Part shown: in pieces, positions 51,415 to 61,411 of the stretch
How the letters are laid out: every line of letters starts with the position of its first letter
Position numbering within the stretch: position 1 is the first letter of the stretch
Assembly (NCBI GenBank): GCA_027022365.1
Contig: JALVYU010000026.1
Coordinates: 480,001-544,000 of the forward strand
Reading direction: 5' to 3'
Source of the DNA: Desulfurococcales archaeon
GTDB taxonomy: Archaea; Thermoproteota; Thermoprotei_A; Sulfolobales; Desulfurococcaceae
Length of the DNA stretch: 64,000 nucleotides
The notes under the pieces: model-generated
Told to the model about the DNA's origin: nothing
What the model saw: the letters and a program-made list of their open reading frames with translations, nothing else
Database searches by the model: none
Program-made: the position numbers and the translations under genes

Positions 51415-52342
51415 GTACCGCCTCCACGATCCTCCCAGGTTTGAAGAAAGGTTCTCTCAGACTATTTGCTTTTATAAATAATTGTTTTAACCCTTCTGCA
51501 TCGCGTGACACAATGAAAGGATACGCGTCTAATAAGTTATCGTTTCTATAGATACAGGTCTTGATCTTACCGTCAGGGCTCATCCTGATCCTAGTACAGT
51601 GCATACACATCTCCGGGTTACATATACCCTTTATCACAGTCACCTCTATCCCGCTGGGAAGGATGTATGTTGGTCTGCTTTGGAAAGCCTTCCTGTCTTT
51701 CTTTACCGATATTTTCTCAAGGTATTTTTCAATAGGATCCATTGGCGCGTGGAGCCTATTATACTCGGTAAGAGACATTCCAAGTGGTATGAGCTCGATG
51801 ATGTTTAGATTTATGCCTTTATCGCTCGCATAGTTTATTATGTCGGTATATTCATGGCTGTTCAGAGAGAGTACAACATAGTCGATCTTCAGCTTTATGC
51901 CATTGCGTAGTGCTTCGTCGATCCCCTTGAGAACAGGTTCTAGCTTCCCGTGGGTTATCTTGTGGAAGATTTCAGGGTTAAGGGAATGTAGGCTAACATT
52001 GATATGTGATACCAGGTCTGCTAGTTCTTCTGCGTATTTGGCCAATAATGACCCATTAGTAACTATTGATACTATTCCGCCGCTGTTTCTGATGTTTCGT
52101 ACAATATCTACGATATCGTTTCTTACTAGTGGTTCTCCGCCAGTTATTTTGTAGTATATTATTCCTAAAGAAGAGGCTACTGAGGCGACGAAGCCCCAGT
52201 CTTGTGCTGTGAGTTCGACCCCATCCACATTACTAGGTAAACCTTCGCGGTGACAGAAAATACATCTATGGTTACATCGAAGTGTAACACTTATCCTCAT
52301 ATGTGTGAGCGGGCGGCCGTACCTATCGATTAGCGGTATCAA
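51371..52342 (-). CDS. moaA: GTP 3',8-cyclase
   Basis: RISVT.RCNHRCIFCH.EG, C..C.R.R...DG..K.C. Confidence 0.93.
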   Translation of the reverse strand: MIPLIDRYGRPLTHMRISVTLRCNHRCIFCHREGLPSNVDGVELTAQDWGFVASVASSLGIIYYKITGGEPLVRNDIVDIVRNIRNSGGIVSIVTNGSLLAKYAEELADLVSHINVSLHSLNPEIFHKITHGKLEPVLKGIDEALRNGIKLKIDYVVLSLNSHEYTDIINYASDKGINLNIIELIPLGMSLTEYNRLHAPMDPIEKYLEKISVKKDRKAFQSRPTYILPSGIEVTVIKGICNPEMCMHCTRIRMSPDGKIKTCIYRNDNLLDAYPFIVSRDAEGLKQLFIKANSLREPFFKPGRIVEAVHDVNGRYNFEKRGI

Positions 52343-52349
52343 GCCGGTC

Positions 52350-54095
52350 TCAGCGCCTCACTAGTTCGATTATGCCCTCGTATGTTTTCCTGTACAGTTC
52401 TGTTGATTCGAGCATTCTCCTGTTTCTTATGTATTTCTTCGTGATGTTGTTCTTTGGGAGACCGTGTTTTTCGGCATACTCCTCGAATGAGAGACCGTAT
52501 TTTTTCTGGGCCGCGTCTCTGTAGATGTCGTCGAAAATGTTGAACGCGCAGAAGGGAACTAGCCTGCCGTCCGGCAATGCGTAGTGAATGTTGCATCTCT
52601 GAACACGCTGTATATCATAGTTGTATAGATCCATGAAATGCATCATTCCTAGGAATACCATTTTGTAGTGTAGCTCTCCTAGTGCATCATAGTTTCTCTT
52701 AATTATTATATTAAGCAGTATCTTATACAGGTCAAATCCTTCGGGTGCACGTTTCTGGTCGATGAACTTCCTTATGCTGTATAGTATCTTAAGGCCTGTT
52801 GTTAGCCTGCTTCTACCGATTACTAGGTCTTCCCATTTCTCCTGCAGATACTCGAGGAATCCTTCTACGTCGACGAAATTCGTTATAGGGATGAGTTTGA
52901 CTGAGCCATTCTTTCTCTCGACATATATGTAAGTCCCCGCTCCGCATACCGGGTGGTTTGTCATCTCGAATTTGTACTCCTTGGCGAATGCCTCAATGAA
53001 CCTAGAAAACACGGCACTAACAGGTACGGGGAACCATGCCTCTCTCGGTACTTCGCCGTCAGTCTGTTCTTCTATTAACTTTATCACATCGGGTATTGTA
53101 ATCCTGTACTTCGCCCTCTCCTGTTTCTTCATCATGCCTGTTAAGCTTACGGGCTGGAAGTTGACAGCTCTGACAATGTCCACGTGTTTTGCCGCGAACT
53201 TCACGATCGCACCTAGCTCGTGTGTGTTTATACCCTTAATCACGGTTGGAACTAGTACGGTACTGGTCATGCCTGCTCTTCTGAATACCTCGAAGATATA
53301 TGGTATCTCCCAGTGGTTCTTCCAGTTAGTGATCGGTGTTACGCCGTCGAAGCTCAGATAGACCGTATTAACACCGCTTGTCCTCAGCGCCCTTGTATAG
53401 GCTACGGCTTCGTCGGGGTTCTTCCAGAAGAGCTCTGAGAACTTTATCCCGTTAGTGTTGAGCTGTATATGGCGTACTCCTTCTTCCTTCAATACCTTTA
53501 CTATGTCGACAAGATCGTTCCGAAGAGTGGGCTCACCGCCCGTTAGCTGGACATTAACTGCTACTCCTTGTTTTTTAATGCTCCTTATCATGTTCCTAAT
53601 AGTATCTATGCTTGGCTCATATACGTATCCGGCAGCCTCGGCGTAGAAGAAGCAGTACCAGCAGCTGAGATTACACCGGTTGGTCAACACTATGTTTACG
53701 AGGGCTGAGTGCTGCTTATGCATTGGACACAAGCCGCAGTTGAAGGGGCAAGGCCTTATGGCGGGCGTGTAAACATGTCTGGAACCTCTTCCCTCAAGAT
53801 CCCATTTGATAAATCGTTTGTAGATCTCGACATCGCCGTAATAGAGCTCCTCGATCTCTCCGTGCTCCGGACAAACTCTCCTAATATAGACTCTCCCGTC
53901 TCGCTCAATAATGGTGGCCGGGACAACGCGGTAGCAGTAGGGGCACACGCTCTGGGTAAGGCTTAGCAGTTCTTCCCCGCTCCTTATCTCTGGTAGCTTA
54001 TAGGATATCTCCCCAGCATGCTTTACAAGGGGGAGCGGTGAAAGAGTCAAACACGTCACCTCATATAGGGATAGCCGGGATAAGCGTTTAATCAT
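52350..54095 (-). CDS. tes: radical SAM tetraether lipid synthase (Tes/MJ0619 family)
   Basis: SVCPYC...CPEHG, CPFNCGLC..H, TNRCNLSCWYCF, C.IHY..PDGR.VPFC. Confidence 0.85.
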   Translation of the reverse strand: MIKRLSRLSLYEVTCLTLSPLPLVKHAGEISYKLPEIRSGEELLSLTQSVCPYCYRVVPATIIERDGRVYIRRVCPEHGEIEELYYGDVEIYKRFIKWDLEGRGSRHVYTPAIRPCPFNCGLCPMHKQHSALVNIVLTNRCNLSCWYCFFYAEAAGYVYEPSIDTIRNMIRSIKKQGVAVNVQLTGGEPTLRNDLVDIVKVLKEEGVRHIQLNTNGIKFSELFWKNPDEAVAYTRALRTSGVNTVYLSFDGVTPITNWKNHWEIPYIFEVFRRAGMTSTVLVPTVIKGINTHELGAIVKFAAKHVDIVRAVNFQPVSLTGMMKKQERAKYRITIPDVIKLIEEQTDGEVPREAWFPVPVSAVFSRFIEAFAKEYKFEMTNHPVCGAGTYIYVERKNGSVKLIPITNFVDVEGFLEYLQEKWEDLVIGRSRLTTGLKILYSIRKFIDQKRAPEGFDLYKILLNIIIKRNYDALGELHYKMVFLGMMHFMDLYNYDIQRVQRCNIHYALPDGRLVPFCAFNIFDDIYRDAAQKKYGLSFEEYAEKHGLPKNNITKKYIRNRRMLESTELYRKTYEGIIELVRR

Positions 54096-54225
54096 TCCTG
54101 CTAAAGGGATTGTATCTTAAGCATATTTAATACTTTATTCCAACATAGTTTTCATGGATCAGTTCAAAAATAATTATGTAATGACGGGATAAGCCTAGTA
54201 GTTAAGTTTTAAAGGCCAAGAAACG

Positions 54226-54633
<408 letters not shown>

Positions 54634-54650
54634 AAGCTTTCACCTCCATT

Positions 54651-54683
54651 GTAGTTAAAAATTAACTACGGCCATAATTATGG
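54651..54683. promoter_or_regulatory. palindromes upstream of int(N)
   Basis: GTAGTTAA-AAA-TTAACTAC followed by CCATAATTATGG. Confidence 0.65.
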
Positions 54684-55300
54684 TGTACATGTGGGGACTG
54701 GCAGAATCGAAGGCATACCCCGTCGCCGCCCGGTAGTTAATATTGATGGGGAACTCGGGAGGGATACCTTCGCGGAAACTATACAGAAGCTGTACGGGCT
54801 TCCCTAGAGATTCCGGCATGAAATCCCTACGGAAACCGGAGGAAATCCTGGGTCGAGGTAAGCGCTATGAGGAGAAACTACATTACTGCGGGGGACGCCG
54901 CCCGGAACAATATTGACGCTTAGCCCTGTACCCGGGCCAGGTGGGCGGCTGGGCGGGGCAGGGCCGGGGGCGGGACAATTATACTGCTTATGCTAATTGG
55001 TTGTAGGGTCTAAGACGCGTGTTTTTAAGGCTTCCTGTCGCCCAGCTTATAAGCCTGCGTCACCTTACCGGTATTGTTGTCTTGGTCAGCATGTTTCACT
55101 ATGCCCTTCTCAGCGCCTTCTCTGTGTCAGTTCTTGGTGTGGTGTTGTTTTTCGGCGTGTTGCTCTTCATCCAGGTATAATAGCCTCCCGGGTATGCCTG
55201 GCCGGCTCGCAGTGCTCTAGCAGGAACCCCATGTACTCCGGGATAGCTAGGCCGGGCACGAGCCTTATCATCCTCGCCAGAACTCCTGGGCCATGCCTGT

Positions 55301-55680
55301 TCATCCCTTGACCGTTACCGTTATTGTCAGGTCTAGGGGCTGTATCGTTATCTCGAGCCGTGTCCCCGCCGGTACTGGGTGTGGGTGCCCGTTGCTCCGT
55401 GGCGCCATGTACTGTATGTTTATGCTTAGGGCGGCGCCGCTCTCTATCGTTGTCCTGTTCGCCCGGAGCCCCGCTGTCTCCACGGTGTAGTTGCCCGGGG
55501 GGACGCCGTAGACGTTGATAGTGAGGCTCACGCTGAGCCGTGAGACTAGGCCGAACACTACCAGGGTGTTGTTGCCGAGCCTGAAGGTCTCGTTCACCCT
55601 GTAGTAGGTGATGTTCACCACCGTGCCGTTCGGGAGCTGCACCGGCATGGTGAAGGCTGGCACGAGCACCGGCTCCAGGA
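55301..55680 (-). pseudogene. 5'-truncated beta-rich secreted/surface protein fragment
   Basis: NxT-rich beta-strand sequence with no signal peptide or clear start; abuts junction. Confidence 0.55.
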
Positions 55681-56344
55681 GAAGAAAGACTACCTAGAAT
55701 TCGGGCAATGGCTCTGGAGGAAAGTAGCGGAAAAACTAGGGATTGAGCCACCACCCTGGGCGACCACGGAAATAGAGCTCGATGAAGAAAACCCGGACGA
55801 TATAATACGTGAAGCGTTCTGGGACGTGTTACACGATGTAATTGCTGAGTATGCTAGGCTCTACAAATGCAAAGACATAGTATTGGGATGCCTGGCAAGG
55901 CTCGGGCAGAAGGGACTGTTGCCAAACACGATAATCGAGTGGTCCCCTGCCCGTGTGATTGTCAAAGGCCCTATACTGAAAGAGATTGAGCGGAGGCTAA
56001 ACGTAACGGTGTTTGGCGGCCTCAGAGGCCTCGCCGAAAAACTCGGACTGGAGTTCAAAAACAGCGTCAAGATAAACGGGAAGGTGACGAAGGGAATAAT
56101 CATACCAATTAACGAGCTCATCAAAAAGTTAGGTTCGGAGGACGATGTTGTTAGCTACATCGCCGAAACACTGCTGGCAAAGTATATTTTTGAGGGCTGG
56201 GGCAGGAGCGACGCACCTGTAATCCCGAAAGTTGTTGAGGAGGCTAGGAGGCTCGGAATAGAGATAGACTACAATACTGCGGACAAGGTCGCGAGAAAGC
56301 TATATGAGCTCAGCAAAGAGTACGCCGAGGAGGCACTCGCCTAG
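55676..56344 (+). pseudogene. 5'-truncated C-terminal part of a putative plasmid replication protein
   Basis: Frame open from QEKKDYLEFGQWLWRKVAEKLGIEPPPW into track ORF 55826; followed by iterons. Confidence 0.5.
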
Positions 56345-56442
56345 ACCCGGCCAGCCTCCCCACTTCCTTTTATTTTTATTATTAGGAGGTATATCCGGGT
56401 GACTCCAACAACTAGTTCTATAGTCAGTTCTACACTAGAGCC

Positions 56443-56580
56443 GGGGTAGCCACAGGTAGCCAGAGGTAGCCCCAGTAGAAACCCCCTTCCAGAGCCGCAG
56501 ACAGACCCCAGAAAACCCCGGCTACCAGGGCTACTCGGGGCTACCCAGGGCTACCAGAGCCTACCTTAGCCTACCCTAAC
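56443..56580. repeat. inverted, 10-bp-phased iteron-like array
   Basis: GTAG at 56446, 56456, 56466, 56475; CTAC at 56522, 56531, 56541, 56551, 56561, 56571 (GGTAGCC/GGCTACC core). Confidence 0.85.
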
Positions 56581-57025
56581 ACCTTCCTCTTCCTCCCGTG
56601 AGAACGTGTCCAGACGGTTGTCTGGACGGGTGGTTCCGCCAGCCGCTACATATCTTAATAATTTATGTTAAATACGAGGACGGGGGAAGGCTATAAACCA
56701 AGTCACAAGTAAACCCTGTCCCTTACCTCCCGTTAATTATATATCTACTGTATAAGGGGAGTAGCGGGCGGGGGACTGCGGACGAGCCTCGGTTTCCCGT
56801 GTACATATCATATTCTAATATGTGTGTGCCGCGTACCCGCGTCTACGAATCAACCTATAGTCCCTGGTGTAGGTTACTTTTCTCCGGTCTCCCGCAGTTT
56901 TATCGGGGTTTCTCCTCCCTGCTATCATCAGTTCTCCTATTCTGCACCATTAGTTTTCCGCTGTTATATGCGTGTTCATCGTTTATAGTTGGGTAGAGCC
57001 ATATCTTATATTAGGTGATAGTTCA

Positions 57026-57517
57026 TTGGGCGAGGTCGTTGTTCTCCGTGGCCGTCTTGCCCGGCGTGTCCGGGAGGAGGCCGAGAAGCTCGGCTTCAGT
57101 GTCGACGAGTACCTTGTTGAGGTTCTGAGCCAGGGCCTCGACCCCCGGGATAGGGCCTTGGAGTATATCGAGGCCGCAGAGGATTTGCTGGGGGAGGCTC
57201 GTGAGGAGCTAGAGAGGGGTAATGTTTGTCAGGCCGCCGAGAAGCTCTGGGGTGCCGCCGCCCTCGCGATTAAAGCATACGCGTTTTGGAGGGAGGGAAA
57301 GCGGTTAACAAGTCATGGTGAGTTATGGGAGTATAAGAGGAGGTTGGGGGAAGAGCTTGGGGAATGGGTTCACGACTCATGGGCCAGTGCAACCGAGATG
57401 CATGTCTGCTTCTACGAGGGCTGGTGCAGTGGGAAGGACGTTGAGAACGCTTATAAGAGGATAGAGAAGCTGGTAAGGGAGGTAGCCACTTTAGTAAAAA
57501 AGAGGAAATCAGACTAG
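57026..57517 (+). CDS. PaREP1 family protein
   Basis: QAAEKLWGAA.LA.KA, SHGEL, MH.CFYE; TTG start after GGTGA. Confidence 0.88.
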   Translation: MGEVVVLRGRLARRVREEAEKLGFSVDEYLVEVLSQGLDPRDRALEYIEAAEDLLGEAREELERGNVCQAAEKLWGAAALAIKAYAFWREGKRLTSHGELWEYKRRLGEELGEWVHDSWASATEMHVCFYEGWCSGKDVENAYKRIEKLVREVATLVKKRKSD

Positions 57518-58399
57518 ACCATTTCCCTTTAACCAATTAATGTAGATGCCGAATAGCTTGTCAGCCCATTTCCTGGTGTTCAGGTAGTTGGCCCCAGTTA
57601 CCGTTAGTCCTCTACTCATAACTAGTGATACAGCGTCGAGTGGAATATTGTTCTGCTGGGCCAGCTCCGTCAATACCTGGTTAGCGAACTTCCTGTACAA
57701 GCCAGCTTTTATACCTAGGTTGTTCAGCTTGTCCTTAAGCTGTCTGTAGCTCATCGCAGGTATCCTCAGCCTCCCCACTGCCGGGAAGTAGATGTAGTCG
57801 GTGCGCTTGCTACCCTCCATTATGCCTAGGTAGTACCTGCACCAACCCCTACCGCAGTATAGTCTCTGCTCAAACTTGCCAGTAGGGTGCTCCACAACTT
57901 GAGTGGGGTTCCAACTGGCCGCCATCCTAAGAACGTGTTTTAGCCTCGCGCCCCCGAGAAGTAGGGTGTGCAGTGCTCCTAGGCCCTCCGCCTCCAATAC
58001 CTCCTTATACTTTAGTATCAGCGGTACTGGCACCGCTTCTACCGTCCTATGTTTATTGCTACTAGGCGTCTTGAGGAATAGTAGGTAGCTCTGGTACTGC
58101 TCCCACCTCAGCCCGCCTATACTGAATAAATAATGTATGTACTGGCGCCAAGCCTTCACGTGCTTGCCCTTCTCCGGTGGCCACCCGCCCCGCTCAACAA
58201 CACCTGCATAGTACTCTGCCGTGTCCTCCAAGACCCTGCCCCGGAGCCAGGCCCTGAAGCCCTCCAGCAAACGGTTATCCACAACTGGTCTCGGGGGCAC
58301 CGGCAAGCGTGTAGTTAACTTCCATGAGTTTCCGGGTCCTTTAGTTCCGCTTGTCTGTGTTGGGACGCCGCCCTGACGAGGCGGAGGTCCGGGGTTCAA
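57509..58399 (-). CDS. SSV-type integrase C-terminal fragment
   Basis: Begins in att (NPGPPPRQGGV); GARL, GSKR, YRKF, SRG, NY catalytic pattern. Confidence 0.88.
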   Translation of the reverse strand: MNPGPPPRQGGVPTQTSGTKGPGNSWKLTTRLPVPPRPVVDNRLLEGFRAWLRGRVLEDTAEYYAGVVERGGWPPEKGKHVKAWRQYIHYLFSIGGLRWEQYQSYLLFLKTPSSNKHRTVEAVPVPLILKYKEVLEAEGLGALHTLLLGGARLKHVLRMAASWNPTQVVEHPTGKFEQRLYCGRGWCRYYLGIMEGSKRTDYIYFPAVGRLRIPAMSYRQLKDKLNNLGIKAGLYRKFANQVLTELAQQNNIPLDAVSLVMSRGLTVTGANYLNTRKWADKLFGIYINWLKGNGLV

Positions 58400-58415
58400 A
58401 TCCCCGCGGGCCCAC
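58363..58415. repeat. att direct repeat (53 bp), right copy (tRNA-Val 3' part)
   Basis: Identical to 54270-54322. Confidence 0.97.
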
Positions 58416-58488
58416 TATTCTACAGGGGGTGATAGGTCTTCTCTGCTTTAACCATAACTTGTCATTATCCTATATTCTGGGGGAACGC

Positions 58489-59103
58489 ATGGTATACCCG
58501 GGATTATTTGTAGCATATTATATCCAGTTATTAGCGATCATGAACCCGTTCTCGGCATTGCCTACGTTTCTATCGCTTACCGAGGGTATGGAGCTTATTG
58601 AGCGTAGAAGAATAGTATCTAGAGCGTTTATTACTGCCGTGATACTAATTGGAGTGTTTACCTTTCTCGGTAACTATATCTTGAGAGCATTCAGCATCTC
58701 TGTGCCCGGTCTAAGGATAGGTGGCGGGATACTTTTGATGACCATAGCACTTGACATGCTTGGAGGTATGCCGAAGACCAAGAGGATTGATCCGGAGGAT
58801 GTAGCTGTAGTCCCCTTAGCCACACCTATGATTGTTGGTCCCGGCACGATCACGACTATAATCCTTCTGACATCGAGGGATCAAAGTATTCTCAATACTA
58901 TATTAATACTTGTTGCCGGCGTCGTTGCCGTTATTACTACTTTTGCGCTTCTAAGATACTCAGAGAAAATAGTGGCTATGACTAGGCCGAGCGTAATGAA
59001 GGCCATAGGGCGCTTCATGTCATTGATTATAGCGAGTATCGCTGTCGAGATGATCATGCTTGGGATAAAAGCGTATATTGAGAGCTGGGGATTAATAAGC
59101 TGA
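58489..59103 (+). CDS. MarC family membrane protein
   Basis: MNPF...P.F, VPLA.P.I.GPG.I; real start ATG 58489, not 58351. Confidence 0.92.
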   Translation: MVYPGLFVAYYIQLLAIMNPFSALPTFLSLTEGMELIERRRIVSRAFITAVILIGVFTFLGNYILRAFSISVPGLRIGGGILLMTIALDMLGGMPKTKRIDPEDVAVVPLATPMIVGPGTITTIILLTSRDQSILNTILILVAGVVAVITTFALLRYSEKIVAMTRPSVMKAIGRFMSLIIASIAVEMIMLGIKAYIESWGLIS

Positions 59104-59134
59104 GAATAATCCGCGCCATAATAAAGGAGGACGA

Positions 59135-59207
59135 AGCCGCCGCCGGGATTCGAACCCGGGACCTTCGCCTTACCAGGGCGACGCTCTACCGGCTGAGCTA
59201 CGGCGGC
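59135..59207 (-). tRNA. tRNA-Thr(GGT)
   Basis: GCCGCCG...TCGCC-CTGGTAA-GGCGA...CGGCGGCT. Confidence 0.95.
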
Positions 59208-59268
59208 TTACCCTAGTTCTGAAATAGGTTTGGGTAGGCAATTATAACTTTTATCACCGGAAACAACG

Positions 59269-59586
59269 TCATAGCTCGAATTCTTGGACACGGTGCTTCT
59301 TGAGAATTTTATAGACAGCGTTTATGAGTTCTTTAAGCTTCGGAGTAGTGACCGCTACTATCAAGTCTTCAAGCTCATCTGGCTCTTCGATAATTATTCC
59401 TCTGAAAGCATCCTCTCTCCTGATCATAATGGCTAGATGTGCTGGCCTAGCTGTGGTCTTAGTTTTTCTCTCTGGGAGTTTTACCAGTTCCACCACTATG
59501 TGTCCTGATTTTAGAACCGGTTTTCTCTCCCAGTCCTTCATCGAGTTCATCAAGTCTTCCAGTTTCCTGACTAGATCTTCGCTCAT
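59269..59586 (-). CDS. conserved archaeal hypothetical protein
   Basis: MKDWER.P......V.LVKLP motif seen in archaeal hypotheticals (recall). Confidence 0.7.
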   Translation of the reverse strand: MSEDLVRKLEDLMNSMKDWERKPVLKSGHIVVELVKLPERKTKTTARPAHLAIMIRREDAFRGIIIEEPDELEDLIVAVTTPKLKELINAVYKILKKHRVQEFEL

Positions 59587-59671
59587 GGCTCTCCGCCCAG
59601 AAATTACGCGCTATGTAATCAATCGTGATCGGGAAATATAATTATCTCCCAATAAGACTACATCAATTTAT

Positions 59672-59752
59672 GAGGGGGTTCGGGGGCCCGGGCAACTGGG
59701 CCGTCGAGCCCTGGATGAACCCGTGGACGAGTTGCACGGCCACATACCCGGT
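59672..59752 (+). ncRNA. structured GC-rich ncRNA candidate
   Basis: GGCCCGG-GCAA-CTGGGCC hairpin, GGGTTC/GAACCC, GGCCGT/ACGGCC followed by ACA, GGATGA box. Confidence 0.5.
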
Positions 59753-60762
59753 CATTTATCTTTAATAGTTTTCCACAAATAGTTCTTGATCATCATGATC
59801 TCGCCGGCCGACAAGCGTCTAGGATCTTTCCCGACTCTTCTGCTATACTCTAAAATAGAGTTCTCTAGATCATACTCTGTAGCTATACCGTTTTCTCTTA
59901 GCCTGCGCCACGCCTCAATGAAGCTCCCCGTGTTTCGAACGAGTCGTGCTGGCCTAGATATGTTTAAGGCTGGTTCGGGGGCGAGGATGAACGCTATCGT
60001 GTTCACTGGTGACACGCTGATCTCTCTTGTTCCGCCCCTTATACTTTTCACGCCGTAGAAGCCCTTAAGCGCTAGTAGTCCTACCCTACTGGCCTCACTA
60101 TGAGTGTTCTCTAGGAGTTTCTCATAGAACTTCACATATTCTCTCCCAACACCTATACTGCCTAGATAACCGCCCATACCCGCGATTAGACTTATTCTTT
60201 CCAGTACAAGTTCTTGTGGGAGCTCACCATCAGCGCCTGGAGAATACACCATGAGCGCACTGCTCCCTATATCGTGGATGGCCGCTAACCCCATGGCATC
60301 GGCAAGGGGGCTCCATAACTCATCCTCATCGCCCATGGCTAGGACGTCTCCCCCGACATCAATACCCACTACGTAATCGGCGCCAGTATAGAGTAAAATG
60401 TCTTTCAGAGCCTCAACATACCCTTTAACTCCTCCCCATATATCTATGAGATAAACATCTTCTTTCAAGGTCTCAGCGACTCTGGCTGCTTCGAACACTA
60501 CTTTGTTACCATTTCTGATCGCGTAGGAATATCCATTTATTACCGCGGCATACTTGCCGATCATCTTCTTGCCATGGATAGCCTCGAGAGGAATAGGGCC
60601 GGGAACAGGGTCATGCACGAATCTTTCCCATATTATGCTGGCCACGTAGGTCTTAATCCCTAGATCCCTGAAGATCTTCGCGAAGAGCGCTGCTGATACA
60701 ACATCTCCACCGCCTCCAATACCTACGAATAAGATCTTCTTATAACCAAGTATTTCCCGCAA
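59752..60762 (-). CDS. DUF1152 family protein
   Basis: GIGGGGDV, WER...DP.PGP, D.GGDVLA.G.E..L.SPLAD. Confidence 0.88.
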   Translation of the reverse strand: MREILGYKKILFVGIGGGGDVVSAALFAKIFRDLGIKTYVASIIWERFVHDPVPGPIPLEAIHGKKMIGKYAAVINGYSYAIRNGNKVVFEAARVAETLKEDVYLIDIWGGVKGYVEALKDILLYTGADYVVGIDVGGDVLAMGDEDELWSPLADAMGLAAIHDIGSSALMVYSPGADGELPQELVLERISLIAGMGGYLGSIGVGREYVKFYEKLLENTHSEASRVGLLALKGFYGVKSIRGGTREISVSPVNTIAFILAPEPALNISRPARLVRNTGSFIEAWRRLRENGIATEYDLENSILEYSRRVGKDPRRLSAGEIMMIKNYLWKTIKDK

Positions 60763-60829
60763 TGCCCTGCACCAGATAATGATTTAACCACTAATACCAT
60801 CTATGTTCCCGAGATGAGGGTCTATAACT

Positions 60830-61411
60830 ATGGCGAAACCCAGAGTAATTATTGTTACAGGAACTCCTGGCACGGGAAAGACTAGTGTTAGTAGATTATT
60901 AGCTGAGAAGCTTGGATGCATACATTTGGATGTGAGCCGATACGTTATCGAGAACAGAATGTATGTATCCTATGATGAGGAGAGGCAGAGCTACGTCATC
61001 GATGAAGATAGAGTAAGAGAAGCAATAAAGAAACTAGTTGAGACATCAAAATGCATAATTATCGATATACATTACCCAGAGCTCCTCGACTTCCTACAAC
61101 CGGACATAATCATAATCCTCAGGACAGCGCCAGAAATACTGGAAAGGAGGCTTAAGCCTAGGAATTGGCCGGAGAATAAGGTTAAGGAGAATATAATGGC
61201 CGAAATACTCGGTGTACCTACGGCTAATGCGTTGAGCATCGTGGGTTCCGATAAGATATACGAGATCGATACTACTGATAGGGAGCCGGAAGAAGTTGTT
61301 AGGATAGTATTAGAAGATATATTAGAGGGTAAGGCTAAACCAGGGCCTAAAATAGACTGGTTATCTAGGATGAGCCCCGATGAACTGATAAAGTACGAGT
61401 ACAGCGGTTGA
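60830..61411 (+). CDS. adenylate kinase family (AK6/Fap7-like)
   Basis: TGTPGTGKT, DIH, K.KEN..AE. Confidence 0.88.
   Translation: MAKPRVIIVTGTPGTGKTSVSRLLAEKLGCIHLDVSRYVIENRMYVSYDEERQSYVIDEDRVREAIKKLVETSKCIIIDIHYPELLDFLQPDIIIILRTAPEILERRLKPRNWPENKVKENIMAEILGVPTANALSIVGSDKIYEIDTTDREPEEVVRIVLEDILEGKAKPGPKIDWLSRMSPDELIKYEYSG

Noticed and set aside
55167-55754. 195-aa minus-strand ORF
   Set aside because: GC-rich off-frame shadow crossing the deletion junction; implausible composition
58351-58488. N-terminal extension of MarC through att
   Set aside because: Translated tRNA remnant; MarC homology starts at ATG 58489
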